Assembly (NCBI GenBank): GCA_001687465.1
Contig: LVLI01000194.1
Coordinates: 62,001-126,000, forward strand
Direction of reading: 5' to 3'
DNA length: 64,000 nucleotides
Source: Halocafeteria seosinensis
Taxonomy: Eukaryota
Part shown: positions 24,662 through 36,281 of the stretch, piece after piece
Numbering within the stretch: position 1 is the first letter of the stretch
How the letters are laid out: each line of letters begins with the position of its first letter
The notes under the pieces: model-generated
The model's database searches: none
Told to the model about the DNA's origin: nothing
What the model saw: only the letters and a program-made list of their open reading frames with translations
Made by a program: the position numbers and the translations under genes

Positions 24662-25762
24662 ATGAGGAACTCAAAGCTGTTTACATTGCTTCTCATCGCT
24701 TTGTGTACATCAACTGCCTTAGCTGACAAGGCAAAATGCCATGCATTGTGTGCAGTTGACCAGGCAGCCCAAGAAAAGGCATGCAAAGAACACAAGGACA
24801 AAGATCCTTCCAAGGTATGTGTGGCTACGGTTCTCTAAAGTTCGAAAACATACTAAACCAGCGTTTATCTGCAGCTGTACGATACTTGCTTGAAAGGATA
24901 CGCGAAAGCGTATGATCAGTTGTGTAAAAACGCATGCAAGAACTTATCGAAAAAGAAGATTCCAGCCAGTGACAAGGACTTCGTAAAGACTCCAGGAAGC
25001 GTATGCAAAAAGTTTAAGAGAATGCTTCCCAAGCCCGATGTTCACAATATTTGTATTACTGGCGCTGAGGCGGCGGTCCCCGCTTTGAAGAAACTCTTCG
25101 AAAGTGATGCCTTCAAAGAGGCTGGTGTAAGTCATGCAATGAACATACTGGCCATATATAACCGGATTAAGTGCTTGGTGTTGTGACTCTTTCAGGCTCC
25201 CCCACCGAAGAGAAAGAGAGGCGGTAAGAAAGGAGGTAAGAAAAAAGAAGATGATAAGAAGCAAGAGACGACTAAACCTGAGGGAAAAAACAGTGACAGC
25301 AAGCCGGAAAAGTCACAAGAGAAGCCAAATCCTGAAAGGGAGCTAGAAACCAAGAATACCGAGAAACCTAGAGACAAAAAAGAAAGGGAGCTAGAAACCA
25401 AGAATACCGAGAAACCTAGAGACAAAAAAGAAGCAGGGAAATCTCCAGGAAAACAGAGCGATGACAAAGACAGTACAAAGAATGTGAAAGGAAAAACTGG
25501 TAGTGAGGCGGGAAAACAGGAGACTGTGACTGATTCTGGCTCAGAAGAGCAGGAGGTCAAAAGGAACCTGAAAGAACCCGAGGCGGACGAGCCGAAAGCA
25601 AAGCAGCCTGACGCAGCGGATACTGAAGTAGGTGACAAGCAGCCAGCGGAAGTAGACAACACAGCGAAGTCCAACGGTGCAGTAAATCAAGAGGTTCCTC
25701 CACAGAAGAAGGAAGAAGCATCTGAAAAACAAGCACCCAGTGGAGACAAGTCCACACTGTAG
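24662..25762 (+). CDS. Secreted Cys-rich protein, paralogue 2, with a K/E-rich tail
   Basis: Signal peptide MRNSKLFTLLLIALCTSTALA. Motifs CKEHKDKDPSKLYDTCLKGY and CKKFKRMLPKPDVHNICITG. Two introns (about 24814-24873 and 25127-25195). Confidence 0.8.
25334..25429 (+). repeat. Perfect 48-bp in-frame tandem duplication (ERELETKNTEKPRDKK x2)
   Basis: gaaagggagctagaaaccaagaataccgagaaacctagagacaaaaaa at 25334-25381 and 25382-25429. Confidence 0.95.
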
Positions 25763-26176
25763 TTTGTTTGCGAGTCATTCTTCTAAGAATCTTCTTCCAA
25801 GAAGTTATAGGCATATCAGGTTGTTTCGCCTTTGAAGCATAGTGATAAATAAAACATAGTTACGAGTGCGCTTCCTTAATCCAACATCTGATACGTGTTA
25901 GTAGTCCGGTGTTACTCTGTATACAACTTCAACTATGCTTTGCGATGAGCTGTTCACAACTAAAACCACAAGGAAACAACTAGGAGTTAAGTGTCCATAG
26001 ATTCTCGCTTTGCTCAGTAACGTGTTCAAGAGATTGATAGGGAAGGATAGTTCCATTGTATGTGTTGATATGCATGAAGTTGATAGGATTTGTAGCACTA
26101 GATAGCGAAAGCTGAGAGCTGAAGTGTAGCCAGTGTGAAGCGTTAGCAAGCACAATTTTAAGTTTCTTCCCATAGA

Positions 26177-27011
26177 ATGAAATATTGCAGGTTTTCAATT
26201 CTCTGTTTAGTCATCGTTCTCTCAAGCAACTGTATTGCGAGCGACGAAGGAGGCGAAAGCAAGGATGAAGCTGCTCCGCTAACTAAACGCCAAAAGATTA
26301 TCGAGGAAAGAGGTAGTCTGGATGGGAACGATGACCTACTGCAGCAATGCAAAAAACAGTGTCAGTCTCTTACGATGCATGAGATATGGAACTCTACTTG
26401 TTTAGCATTCAAAACTTTACGCCCTTTTCCAAGGATGATCCACGAATGTGAAAAAGTAACGCGTAGCACACTGAAAGAAATCTGTCCTTTGGCTTGTAGC
26501 TCGCACATAGAGACAGAACAGACTTCGGCTAAAGAGCTGACTAAAAGTTTGTTCCCAAAAAACAGTTATAAGGAGCTTCGGAAGAGAATTTGTAAGGTAT
26601 GTCAGAGTCACTGTGTACACAAAAGGGTGATATAGGATACTCAATGCCGCTTACCCTTCGGACGCAGAAGTATGAAGCCATGCTCCCTCGCCCAAATATG
26701 AGGAACTTGTGCCATGAAGCGTTTTCGAAAACTGTTCACTTTGGGTGTAGACGAGGTATAGATATGGCCGAAAAAAGCATCTCCGAAGCATATGATCAGG
26801 TCAGCCTTAAGCATCCCTAACGTGGTTTCTCTTCCATAGCATCACAGTGTATCCATCGCAGATTATGAAGAGCCAAGAAACGTTCGAGCAGAAGATAGAG
26901 CAGCAAATACGGCAGAAGAAATTAGAGCATCGTGGGAAGACATCCCAACAGTACGAATCGGACCAGAAAGAGAGCTTTTCTTCTCCAGCACCGCGACTAC
27001 GGGGAAAATAG
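26177..27011 (+). CDS. Secreted Cys-rich protein, paralogue 3
   Basis: Signal peptide MKYCRFSILCLVIVLSSNCIA. CKKQC, CLAFKTLRPFPRMIHEC and CKKYEAMLPRPNMRNLCHEAF. Two introns; the last exon (26862-27011) ends APRLRGK*. Confidence 0.78.
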
Positions 27012-27023
27012 CATCAAACTACA

Positions 27024-27644
27024 CTATGATTGTGCTGCCTCTCTCAATAGCGCTCGCATTAGAGCATTAATAGCCTGGCGCCGCTTCCCTTCAGAGAACA
27101 ACCGCACGCTGTCTGAAGAGTATAATTCAATAAAGTCAGTTAGAGGTTTCTTCCTCTTTTTGGCGGTATGCGAGCCTTTATCGAGCCCAGATACGGCTAT
27201 TTCTGCGCCTTTTCTAAGGGAATAAACAGATGGGAAGTCGCCGCTGGTATCCTTGCACTCCTCCACATAACCAAACATTAGCATTTTCACCAAGCAAAGT
27301 CGATAGAAGCAATTTCCTGGTTCCAAATTAATTATTTGTTCACATGTCTCTTTTGCCGTCGTAAAATCATGTGTGTGGTATATCGAAGCTTGTGCTATCG
27401 CTTTCAATGCTGCGATATCCTGGCCCACAGGTAATTCTTGTGGCACCGACTCTGCATATTCTGGCAAGAAGCGCTGCAAATCTTCGAGCTTGAGAGTAGG
27501 AGGCACTATAGACGTGCTTTGTCCTGGGTCATGCGCACCCCTTTGTTCATTTAGCCTTCGTATTAAATCAGAGTACGCTCCACGTAGGTATTCCAACGAG
27601 AACGGATCCACCTGCTGCTCCTCTTCTACTCGTTGATCCGCCAT
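27024..27644 (-). CDS. Small helical protein with a TPR-like segment
   Basis: Single ORF starting MADQRVEE; AQASIYHTHDFTTAKETCEQIINLEPGN resembles a TPR. Confidence 0.6.
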   Translation of the reverse strand: MADQRVEEEQQVDPFSLEYLRGAYSDLIRRLNEQRGAHDPGQSTSIVPPTLKLEDLQRFLPEYAESVPQELPVGQDIAALKAIAQASIYHTHDFTTAKETCEQIINLEPGNCFYRLCLVKMLMFGYVEECKDTSGDFPSVYSLRKGAEIAVSGLDKGSHTAKKRKKPLTDFIELYSSDSVRLFSEGKRRQAINALMRALLREAAQS

Positions 27645-27878
27645 ATCAGAAGACCGTCCCACCGGCAAATTCGAATATAATAATGGCGGACGATAAACTA
27701 CACTAGTACCTGGTATATTATCAACACACAAGCAGTGCAAGCCTCTGTTTGAATTCTTCGCCCCGCAGCGGTTGGAATCGCCACCTTCACAAAGTCATGG
27801 GCAGTGTATACCATCGTATTAGGGTTGATTCATGCTCGTTTGGAATGTGTGACATAGTTGACACCGCCCGTTAGCAAC

Positions 27879-30081
27879 ATGGGAGAGCTTTCGCAGGAGC
27901 AACGCGATGCGTTGCGTAAACAAGGAGAGTCCCTGCAGCAAGAGGTGCTGCAGGAAGTCCTCGCGGGAGGAGGAGAGCTCATCAAGGAAGCTAAGGGCAT
28001 CAAAGTGTACAAGTACAACGACACTCAAGGTAGTCTCGCAAAATTTAGAGCGACGACAACTATGCGCATCAACATGGATGCAGTGAAGCCATATGTAGTG
28101 ACTGATACGACAGGTAAGGATACGAGATGATACAGTTAGCAAGACAACCATTATTTGGCTTGTTTGGCACAGAAAAATTCAACGAAATCTTTACAAAGAT
28201 CGATCCGCAATTCAAAGAAGGAGAAGTCCTACACAGAATTCCCCCGGATTACGAAGCTCCTGCTACTCCATTTACCAGTGTTAAGACGGCCGCCTTCCGG
28301 ACCCCTGCCATAATTAGTGATAGAGATTTTGTCTTCTTGGAGCACAGTGACCTTATTTTCGACAAAGGTGGAAAAAGATGCGCATTGTCATTGGCAAAGT
28401 CGATTGATTTCCATTATCCACCAAGGGATGGTCACGTGCGGGGAGATATATTACTTTCAGGTTTCCTATTTCGGTACGCAATATCTTCGCAAACCTTTAT
28501 GTTCCATGCTTTCTGTTCACTGTATACGCCGTATCCTATTATGTTACAGGGAGCTCAACAAATATCCTGGTGATGAAGGTATGAAAATTTCCCGAGTTGT
28601 TTCGACATGGATGCTAACTTGACTCTTTGTGTGCTGCTTAACTACAGGCCCCCCTCTAGTAGAAGCTCATTTTTACGTAGGTGATAATGACCAGATGTCT
28701 GTTGGATGTGACGTGCTTGACCAAGGACTTCGTTTATATATTACAGGCGTACGTAGATCCCCAGGGTTGGATCCCCGCGTGGGTCGCGAACTTAGGAGCT
28801 GTCGACCAAGCAATGAATTTGGATAGAATACGGGAATGGTTGTACACGCTGCCTAATGCTAGAACTGCTCTGGCTCCTCCAGATTCTGAATGGCTGCCTG
28901 ATGAAGATGTGATTGCCCAAATGGTTGATTCGCTTAAGCATTCTGAGCCAATTGCACCAAGCGTACGCCGCACATTGAAACAAGACAACTGCAACATTTT
29001 CGGGAGGATCATACTGAGGAAGAGAGTCTTTCCACCGGATGGTGCCGCTAGTGTCTCTCCGACAATCAACGAATCGTTGCCACCGGCCTCATTGGCACCT
29101 CAGGATACAACGCCTGTAGTAGCAGTTTTGTCCCCACAATTGTTACTCCGGTTATTGGACACTATGGTGGCAGTTCATTCGAGTAACTATGAGGTGGATC
29201 ATCTGGAATGGGCTCGGTTGGCGAACGCCTTAGGCTGCCATCCTCAATGGCTATCAAAATGTGTTTTCAGTAGTTCGCAGCGGACACCACCACACGAGAA
29301 AGAGTTGCTCGTTTGCTTGTTCCAAGGCCATAAAGACTTTATGGTACAAGGAACATGGGAAAATGTGTTAACAGTCGCTTCTGATATATTTCCTGGAGCT
29401 AAAGCAGTAATCCGCTCGTCAAGAACTCAGTTGGAGGAATTGACGTATGAAACCCTCACGGCTCAACAACGTGCTTCGCATGCCAGCGCTGTAAGTGTGG
29501 ATAATGAAACGATGGAGGACGCTGATGATTTCCAAAATGTTGCCCAGCGTTTGAGAAATACCGCTGAACTTCGCGTGTTCCTTAAGAGAGTATTGTGCAT
29601 GGATCCAAGTTTTCAGGGCACGGGTTGGTTAATGGACGCATTAGGTAGTCGCATCTCTCGGGAATGGTTTGCTCGAAACCACCGACTTAAGTTATGCAAT
29701 TCAAAATCTTTAACATGTCACATGAACCAGGTTGCTCAAGCTGAGAGAGAAGATCAGACGTATACGTACTGCCGTGCGGTGGATATCATGCATTGGCTTC
29801 AGTACAGGATAGCGCCAAAGGCTGGTGAAGATGCATTACCAGCGAAACAACCTTCAAGAGACGAGGTAACCATCTCTAGGAGATACTATTACCTTCCGCG
29901 GTCTATGCTGAAACGCTTATGGTGGAGACTGTACAGTTGGAAGGCGATCATAGATCCCAAGTATCGACATGCATTGGTCGGTACGGTATTTAGCGTTATT
30001 TCAGCAGGCATAATCGGCGCTGCTGTTGTTGTTAGTAAACGTGGAGTACAAGCTGTCCAGTTGACTTCCCCAAAGAGCTAG
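27879..30081 (+). CDS. START-domain lipid-binding protein with an uncharacterised middle region and a C-terminal TM anchor
   Basis: KGIKVYK, PAIISDRDFVFLE, SIDFHYPP.DGHVRG...SGFLFR, VDPQGWIPAWVAN. C-terminal hydrophobic ALVGTVFSVISAGIIGAAVVV. Two 29-nt exons at 28550-28578 and 28648-28676. Confidence 0.85.
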
Positions 30082-31163
30082 CTCTTCTGCGTTTCTTGGT
30101 CGCCGCCTGTGTTTGTGTTTGCTTGCTTGTAAACACCTCTCGCTTGGACTCCGACAGTATGCGCTAGACTGCAGTTACGTTCCCCAACCGCTTGTTCCAT
30201 CATGCTGAACCATCGCTTTATATCCGTATTATTGCATGCGTCTTCCCATGTTCTGCAAGAACGTTAATGAAGACGAAGTTGGCGCTACGAAACCAGAAGA
30301 AAGCATTGCAGCTTGTTTACGTACCTATATCCCTCAAGACTGCGAAGCACTCCGTATACAGCGAGATCAGCCTTGTTCGGGTATTTCCCTCCTAGGAATT
30401 TGTAAGGCTGTTCTTCAGCATTCCCATCATTATTTCGAACTGCATTGAGCCACGTATTGATGTCCTCGTAGAGCGCCTCCCGTTCGCCCCCACGTTCAAT
30501 GCCGTGCTTCTTGCATAGTCGTTTGCTGATGGCATACATTCCCACTGCGCCGACATAGCGCGTGACCAAGGCATTCATACTATTCCCCATGGCAGAGTTC
30601 TCTGATATGTACTCGAAGCTCTCTTTGGCTTCATTCCAGGTTCTGTAAATATTGGGCGCTAACTTCCGGACGAGTTTGTCGTCGACCCACTGGTACCATT
30701 TCTCGACTTGCTCATCGTTGTGAGAAGTCTGCTGCACCTTCATTTCATTTTCCAAATAGTCAATAATTTCGGAAGACCCGCGCACTTGAATTCCATTCAC
30801 CACCGCGAAGGGCACCATTTTGTAGTCTTTCGACCAGCGCATTTCCCTCTTGGTTAGAGGGTTCACTTCCACGGCCGTATACGGAATCCCATGGTAGTCC
30901 AGGTACGCCTTCACTTTGTTACAGAACGGACATACTTCGTACTGATAGAGCACAATGTTGTAAATTCCCCGTTGATTCTTACAGGGCCCCTGACGTGGCC
31001 CTTGCCACTCCACACTGAAAGTCGAAGGTGCTTCCGAAGCGTACGATACGGAAGGCGCGAACAAATTCGGCCTCCCTCCTGTCCAAGCCATACCCCCACC
31101 AGCGGCCGTCATAGCCGCAATGGGACCTATCCACCGAGAGCCGAAGAGGAATCGACCAGCCAT
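30078..31163 (-). CDS. PTGES2: Prostaglandin E synthase 2-like (glutaredoxin/GST fold)
   Basis: LYQYEVCPFCNKVKAYLDY, VEVNPLTK, YKMVP, WVDDKLVRKLAPNIYRTW.EA.ESF, GGKYPNKADLAVYGVL. One intron at about 30253-30324, then TWED..NTDIKRWF. Confidence 0.9.
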
Positions 31164-31550
31164 AGTACCAGTAAGGGAAGTGGGGGGAGCGTAAACTCTC
31201 AAGGGCATTACAACCAGAATGGAAGATTAAACCACAGTACTTTTTTCAGCTCGAAAAATCCTTGTGCAATTGGAAAGGAAAATTTCTGGAATCAATTCCG
31301 TGAACCTTGAAAGATCTAACACTAGAGTGACTAGTACAAGTATGGTACAACCGTAGAGCCTAGTGAACTCTGAGTTACTACCAAACCTCTACCATTGGTA
31401 GCACTATTCTACAACCAGAGCCTAAGTTACTGTCTTCGAACCAACCCCACAACTTGGGCCACAAGGTATTTTGGAAGTTCTGGTAAGAATATCGGAGGAA
31501 TTAGACTTCCGAACTTATGCTCCGCAGCTGAATGGCGATACTCTGAATGT

Positions 31551-34500
31551 TCATGAAACCTTGATGGATTTCTCAACGGGAGTCGGAGGATTTGAACTCG
31601 ACGGTAGTACATATCGAACGAGTACAAAGAAGAGGTCGACAACTAGCATAAACGCCATATCGAATATCAGCTTCGGCGCGAAAATTGACCACACCTGCGA
31701 CGAAATTGTTGTATAGCGTGTCCAAAGGCTCACCTAGCAGTTGGAAGGAGCACATACCATAAGGTGCCGACGCGCCATAAAGCAAAACACCATACTGCAA
31801 AACGTGCAGACAGCCTGTAAATTAGACGTATGACAGGCCGCTGCTTCCGCGAACCATGTCAGTTTCTTGTTACTGGTAGCATGCGCAGTCATGAAGAATG
31901 CGCTTAAAGCGAAAAGTGGGAACAGCATAGTTCCAAACGTCGATAAGGTCATCATCAGTGCTCCCCTGGAGAGGCTAGCAAGGTTATTAGAAATGCAGCG
32001 ACCGAAGATACATTCAACAATAGGTCTTACCGTAAGAAGCTGTATTCATCCCATCCCGTAAACGGAGCTGCGAAATTTAGGGATGAAAATTGAGTGTAGC
32101 CGTGCGTGGCGAAGAATGCAGACATTGTTAGCAAATGGAATATCGATGCAGTAAGAAGGGCAAGGACATTGTAGTTGCTTTCAACAATAAACCCTGGCGC
32201 TGACTTTGAGTTTTCACTCAGAATGCTCTTTCCTCTCATGTAGAGCAAGATTGAAAGGTAGAAAGTAGCCCCACTGGCAATTAGTATCAGGAAGACATTG
32301 AGCGCATTTCCCGCACCGTGCATCTGAAATAGCATCGGCCACACTCCAATAAAGTTGTTCTTTTTGTATTAAATGACAGGAAACACATACCAGTTCCAGT
32401 GCTACGTACAAAGGTAGCATTATTAATAAGCCAATAGCTCCAGGAAGACGAAGTACATCGTCAAGCTGCAAGTTCCATTCCTTTCCACGCGATTTTATTT
32501 TCTTAAGAGCCTCGCTATGTTCGGAAGATATTGCGTAGGAGTCGCTCCACCAGCAGTCACGAAGTATTAGGGCAACACTTCCCGCAAGAAGCAAATAAAT
32601 CATTCGGCACGCATAATTCACCGCAGTGTGCAGCAGGTCACCGGACATTACAGAAGATGAACTTCCAAATCGTTGATAGAGCCAGTAGCAAACTGTAACG
32701 CTGTGAGCAATCGACACGATTAGTGTCATCTGTTTCCACAGAGAACGAAATCTTAGACTTCTCAGGATGCGGAATACCAGTAGTAAGCAGCATATCAAAA
32801 CATACCCTGGTGTTGCAGCCCAGAGTATTTCTGATACGCAAAACTGGGCAGGGGCGGAAGCGCGATGCGGTTGCATCGAAGTGTCAGTTTTCCAGTCCAC
32901 GTACGCTACGGTCATTCTCACCGACGCCGCTATAACAGATACACAAGGCAAACTTTCCTGTCTAAAATCCCACAGGAAATATAAAATTAAGCATAGGAGC
33001 GATATCAAAACATGGTTGATCAGTTGGGCTTCAGCCACTATAAATGAATTGCTAAAGAGACCATGAAAACGCAATTCCAGTAATACAAAAAGTGCAAGTT
33101 TTAGCCATACTGGAAGGCTCCAACGCAAGAATTTTGTCTTTCCAGAGTTAACTGGCTGCTCCTTGTTTGAGTGCCATTGTACGGTGACGAGCAAGAATAG
33201 CATCAATGAAATGCAACCACATGCCAAAGGAGGAGGAGCCAATGACGTAACCCCCCACTCTTCTTGCGCACTCACATCATCTCCGAGAATCGACATCGTG
33301 GTCAAAGATTCACCTATCCATTCAACCCATGACGGGAGCAGTACACTAAATATTCTTACCAACACGTCACAAAGTAACTTAAATAGGCTGCGCAACAGCT
33401 CCCATATTGGCATACCTATCCCACTCAAGGAGTCCGACCAGAGTGGGTTTCGCACACTCGTCTCTGGCAAACTGCTAATATTATTGCGCACTATGTTCCA
33501 TGAGATGTGGAGTCCCGAAAGCGGGTATTGCAAGCCGCAGTTCTCATCAACATAAAGGGAGACGTCATTCATACGCTCTTGAATTTTACGATGAATGTCG
33601 GCTAGGACTTGACCTTCAGGGAAAACAAAACCGATGTATCGTACGGAGACCTGAAAAAGGGTGAGGCATTGTACCCAAAACCGCTTCGTATCCAGCGCCA
33701 TTGAGACAAATAGGCCACCGCAAAAAGTAGAAACCGTCATTAAAGGTTTGAATGATCCAATCCCCAACAGATAGTTTCGCTGATTGTAGCCGCTGCTTAG
33801 TGCCATGACAATAATAGTCGCTAGCACAGTAAAGATTCCGTACGACATTTCGTTCAGGTTGAATTTGGTCCACATCCATTGGAATTGTTCTAAGCATTCT
33901 AAACGAAACGCCCTGTACGCATCTCTAACCCTTTCTCCGTCTTTGCCTTTGTGTCTTCCATCTCTCGCTGATAGAATGACAAGTTCGTGAAGATCGATAG
34001 CTGACTGAAGCTTTTGAAAGAGGTGTCGAACTTGGGTGGTACTCATCGAGGAGTCATCGTTGCTGTACTCAAGCAGGTACTGGGCAACCTGTGCACTGTT
34101 CAAACTAGAGCTAACAAGCTCGCTTTCTATGGAGGATGACTGATGATCGTAGCTCAATCCGCCAATCAAGCCCCCGATGTTCGCGTGGGGAAACGGGAGA
34201 CCCATCCAAGTTGATAGAGAGGGGACCAAGTCTACTTGAAAAATGTTTTCGGAGATATTGTATGCATCGGAAGAATATATACCAGTTGGACTGTATACAA
34301 ACAATCCTGCATTTTTCTCTTCATCCGATGCGCCGCCGTGATTTCCCGAGAGTGTCATCCCATGGTCCCCGAAAGCGATCAGCAGTGTATCCTTGAGTTC
34401 ATCTTTCGAGTTCAGTAGCTGTACAACTTGTTTCAAAGTTAGATCCATTTCCCGTAACTTTTCTTGCATCGCTGAATGCATGGGACTAAATGTATGTCCT

Positions 34501-35496
34501 ACATGGTCTACGCCAAGAAAATGGCCAACGCATAACTGCCAGTTTTTAGTCATAAATTTCATGCAGTCTGCCGAGTATGCATCGGCGTTACAGGGGTTTA
34601 AGTTCGAGAAATCCTTACTGGCGTCTTTCCATGCTAAGGTTCCATTTGCAAGCAAGCTAATTATGTTCTTGTATACTCCGTTATCGACCGTATATAGATC
34701 CTTCACATTAAATGACGGGTATGGTATCGTCACGTTAAAAGAACCGGGAAACAAGGAAGCCCATGTGTCATCTCCCACAAAAATGGAAGATCTGTTCTCT
34801 GCACTATGTCTAGCAAATTGATGTATAATATTGTCCTCTCGAATTTCATCAGATCCGAAACTATCCGAGATATCCATGAACGTCGGAAGTGTCCCGGTGG
34901 TGAGTCCCTTGATTCTTTGCATCGTAGCTGTTGGAGCATCCGCTATGAACCTCAGTATTGCAGAGTTTTGCGGCTCTTCCATAGTAAGATTGTGAATAAA
35001 CTCAAACTGCAAGAGTACCAATATATATAGTCATCCTTCCCTACGAATTAGCACCGTTAGGACGTACCTGGTTGTGGAAAGGCATTTCAGGGACTTCTTG
35101 CCATTTTAAGAAGTCATACCTCAGCGCATCAATGATTAAGATAAGGACCTTAGAATAAACTGGCCTGGACCAGCAGCTTCCTCGTTTCATTGGAGCATGC
35201 TTATGCCACTCGGAAATGAGTGAGTGAGGTACCTTGAGCACAACATCGTCATCTTCCTCTCCCGTCGGAATCAGGATACCTGGGTTAGTGGTGCTAGAAA
35301 TCGAAGATTTCTGCAGCTCACCGGAAGCTGAGTTCTTGGCGGAAGGCATGGATATAAGGGGAAGACGATCACAGTGGCTCTGGCGAGAGAATTCAGTCCT
35401 GGTGAGAAAAAAGCCATGAATAAAGAGCCCAATTCCAATGAAGCGAACGACAGCAATCGTCCACTGTAAGCGGTGGCTGCCAGAATGTTCACCCAT
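31551..35496 (-). CDS. PIGO: GPI ethanolamine phosphate transferase 3 (PIG-O/GPI13)
   Basis: GFFLTR, IIDALRYDF, FIADAPTATMQRIKGLTTGTLPTF, GDDTW, SFNVKDLYTVDNGV, HFLGVDHVGH, GDHGMT.SGNHGG, QVDLVPSLS, FSNSFIVAE, RRHLMVWSIFAPKLIF; many TM segments. Confidence 0.93.
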
Positions 35497-35795
35497 TTTT
35501 TTTCATTTGCTGTGTACCAACAGCCAACTGGGGCGGTTATCCCCCATTGTCTTCTGGAAGCTATCTATCTCTGCCTGCTGACGTGACAATGCATGATATT
35601 GGGTGTATAGTACATAGTGGTAGTTGTGATTCAACTTGTGAAGATGGAGCTTCACAACCGTCACGTCCTACTATACAGCATGGATGATGAAGTGCATTGT
35701 GCGTATTTGGACAAATTCGAACCTTTGGTAAACTCATTGATGTATATACTGTTTGTGAGTGTAACTGAAAGAGTTATATAGCGCCTCTTGGCTAA

Positions 35796-36281
35796 ATGAC
35801 AATGTCGAGCAATTCTTCCTTGACAAGTGATATTCTACCGGCGGTGGAAAAGCTGAATGAATTCGTCTCAAAAAGCGAGGTGCTTGATCAGCTTGGCAAG
35901 ATATCGGAGGGACTCATATTAGAAATATCTGAAGACCAGCCGTACGCGGTGGCTGAGCCCCCGTTGAACGAACTACCAACGAGCGTCCCAGAAGAGATAG
36001 GCACGATACGCGTAGCCGTATTTCACCCAGCCGTGGAGACTTCAGTTGAGAGGCACGTCAATTCGGACCAGTACTTATATTCTATTAAAGGCAGTGGGCG
36101 AACGCAAGTGGAGCGCAATGGCCAGATGGAAAACGACCACTACGGAGAAGGAGAGCAATTGACAGACCGTTGGCACTACGTCCCCATGGGTGTTTGGCAC
36201 CGCTCTATCGCCGATAGCACAGAGCCCTGGGCCGTGGTTACTTTCCATACTGCTCGGAATGTCGAAGACGAGTATCAATGA
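35796..36281 (+). CDS. Cupin-fold (RmlC-like) protein, intronless
   Basis: Cupin motif 1 ERHVNSDQYLYSIKGSG and motif 2 WHYVPMGVWHRS...WAVVTFH. Confidence 0.8.
   Translation: MTMSSNSSLTSDILPAVEKLNEFVSKSEVLDQLGKISEGLILEISEDQPYAVAEPPLNELPTSVPEEIGTIRVAVFHPAVETSVERHVNSDQYLYSIKGSGRTQVERNGQMENDHYGEGEQLTDRWHYVPMGVWHRSIADSTEPWAVVTFHTARNVEDEYQ

Noticed and set aside
23499..25674. Long hydrophobic antisense ORFs (23499-24044, 25192-25674) suggesting membrane proteins
   Set aside because: They are shadows of the K/E-rich sense-strand tails.
21073..35496. PIG-S and PIG-O flanking the secreted family as a GPI-anchoring cluster
   Set aside because: The three secreted proteins lack a hydrophobic C-terminal GPI signal and unrelated genes intervene, so this is likely coincidence.
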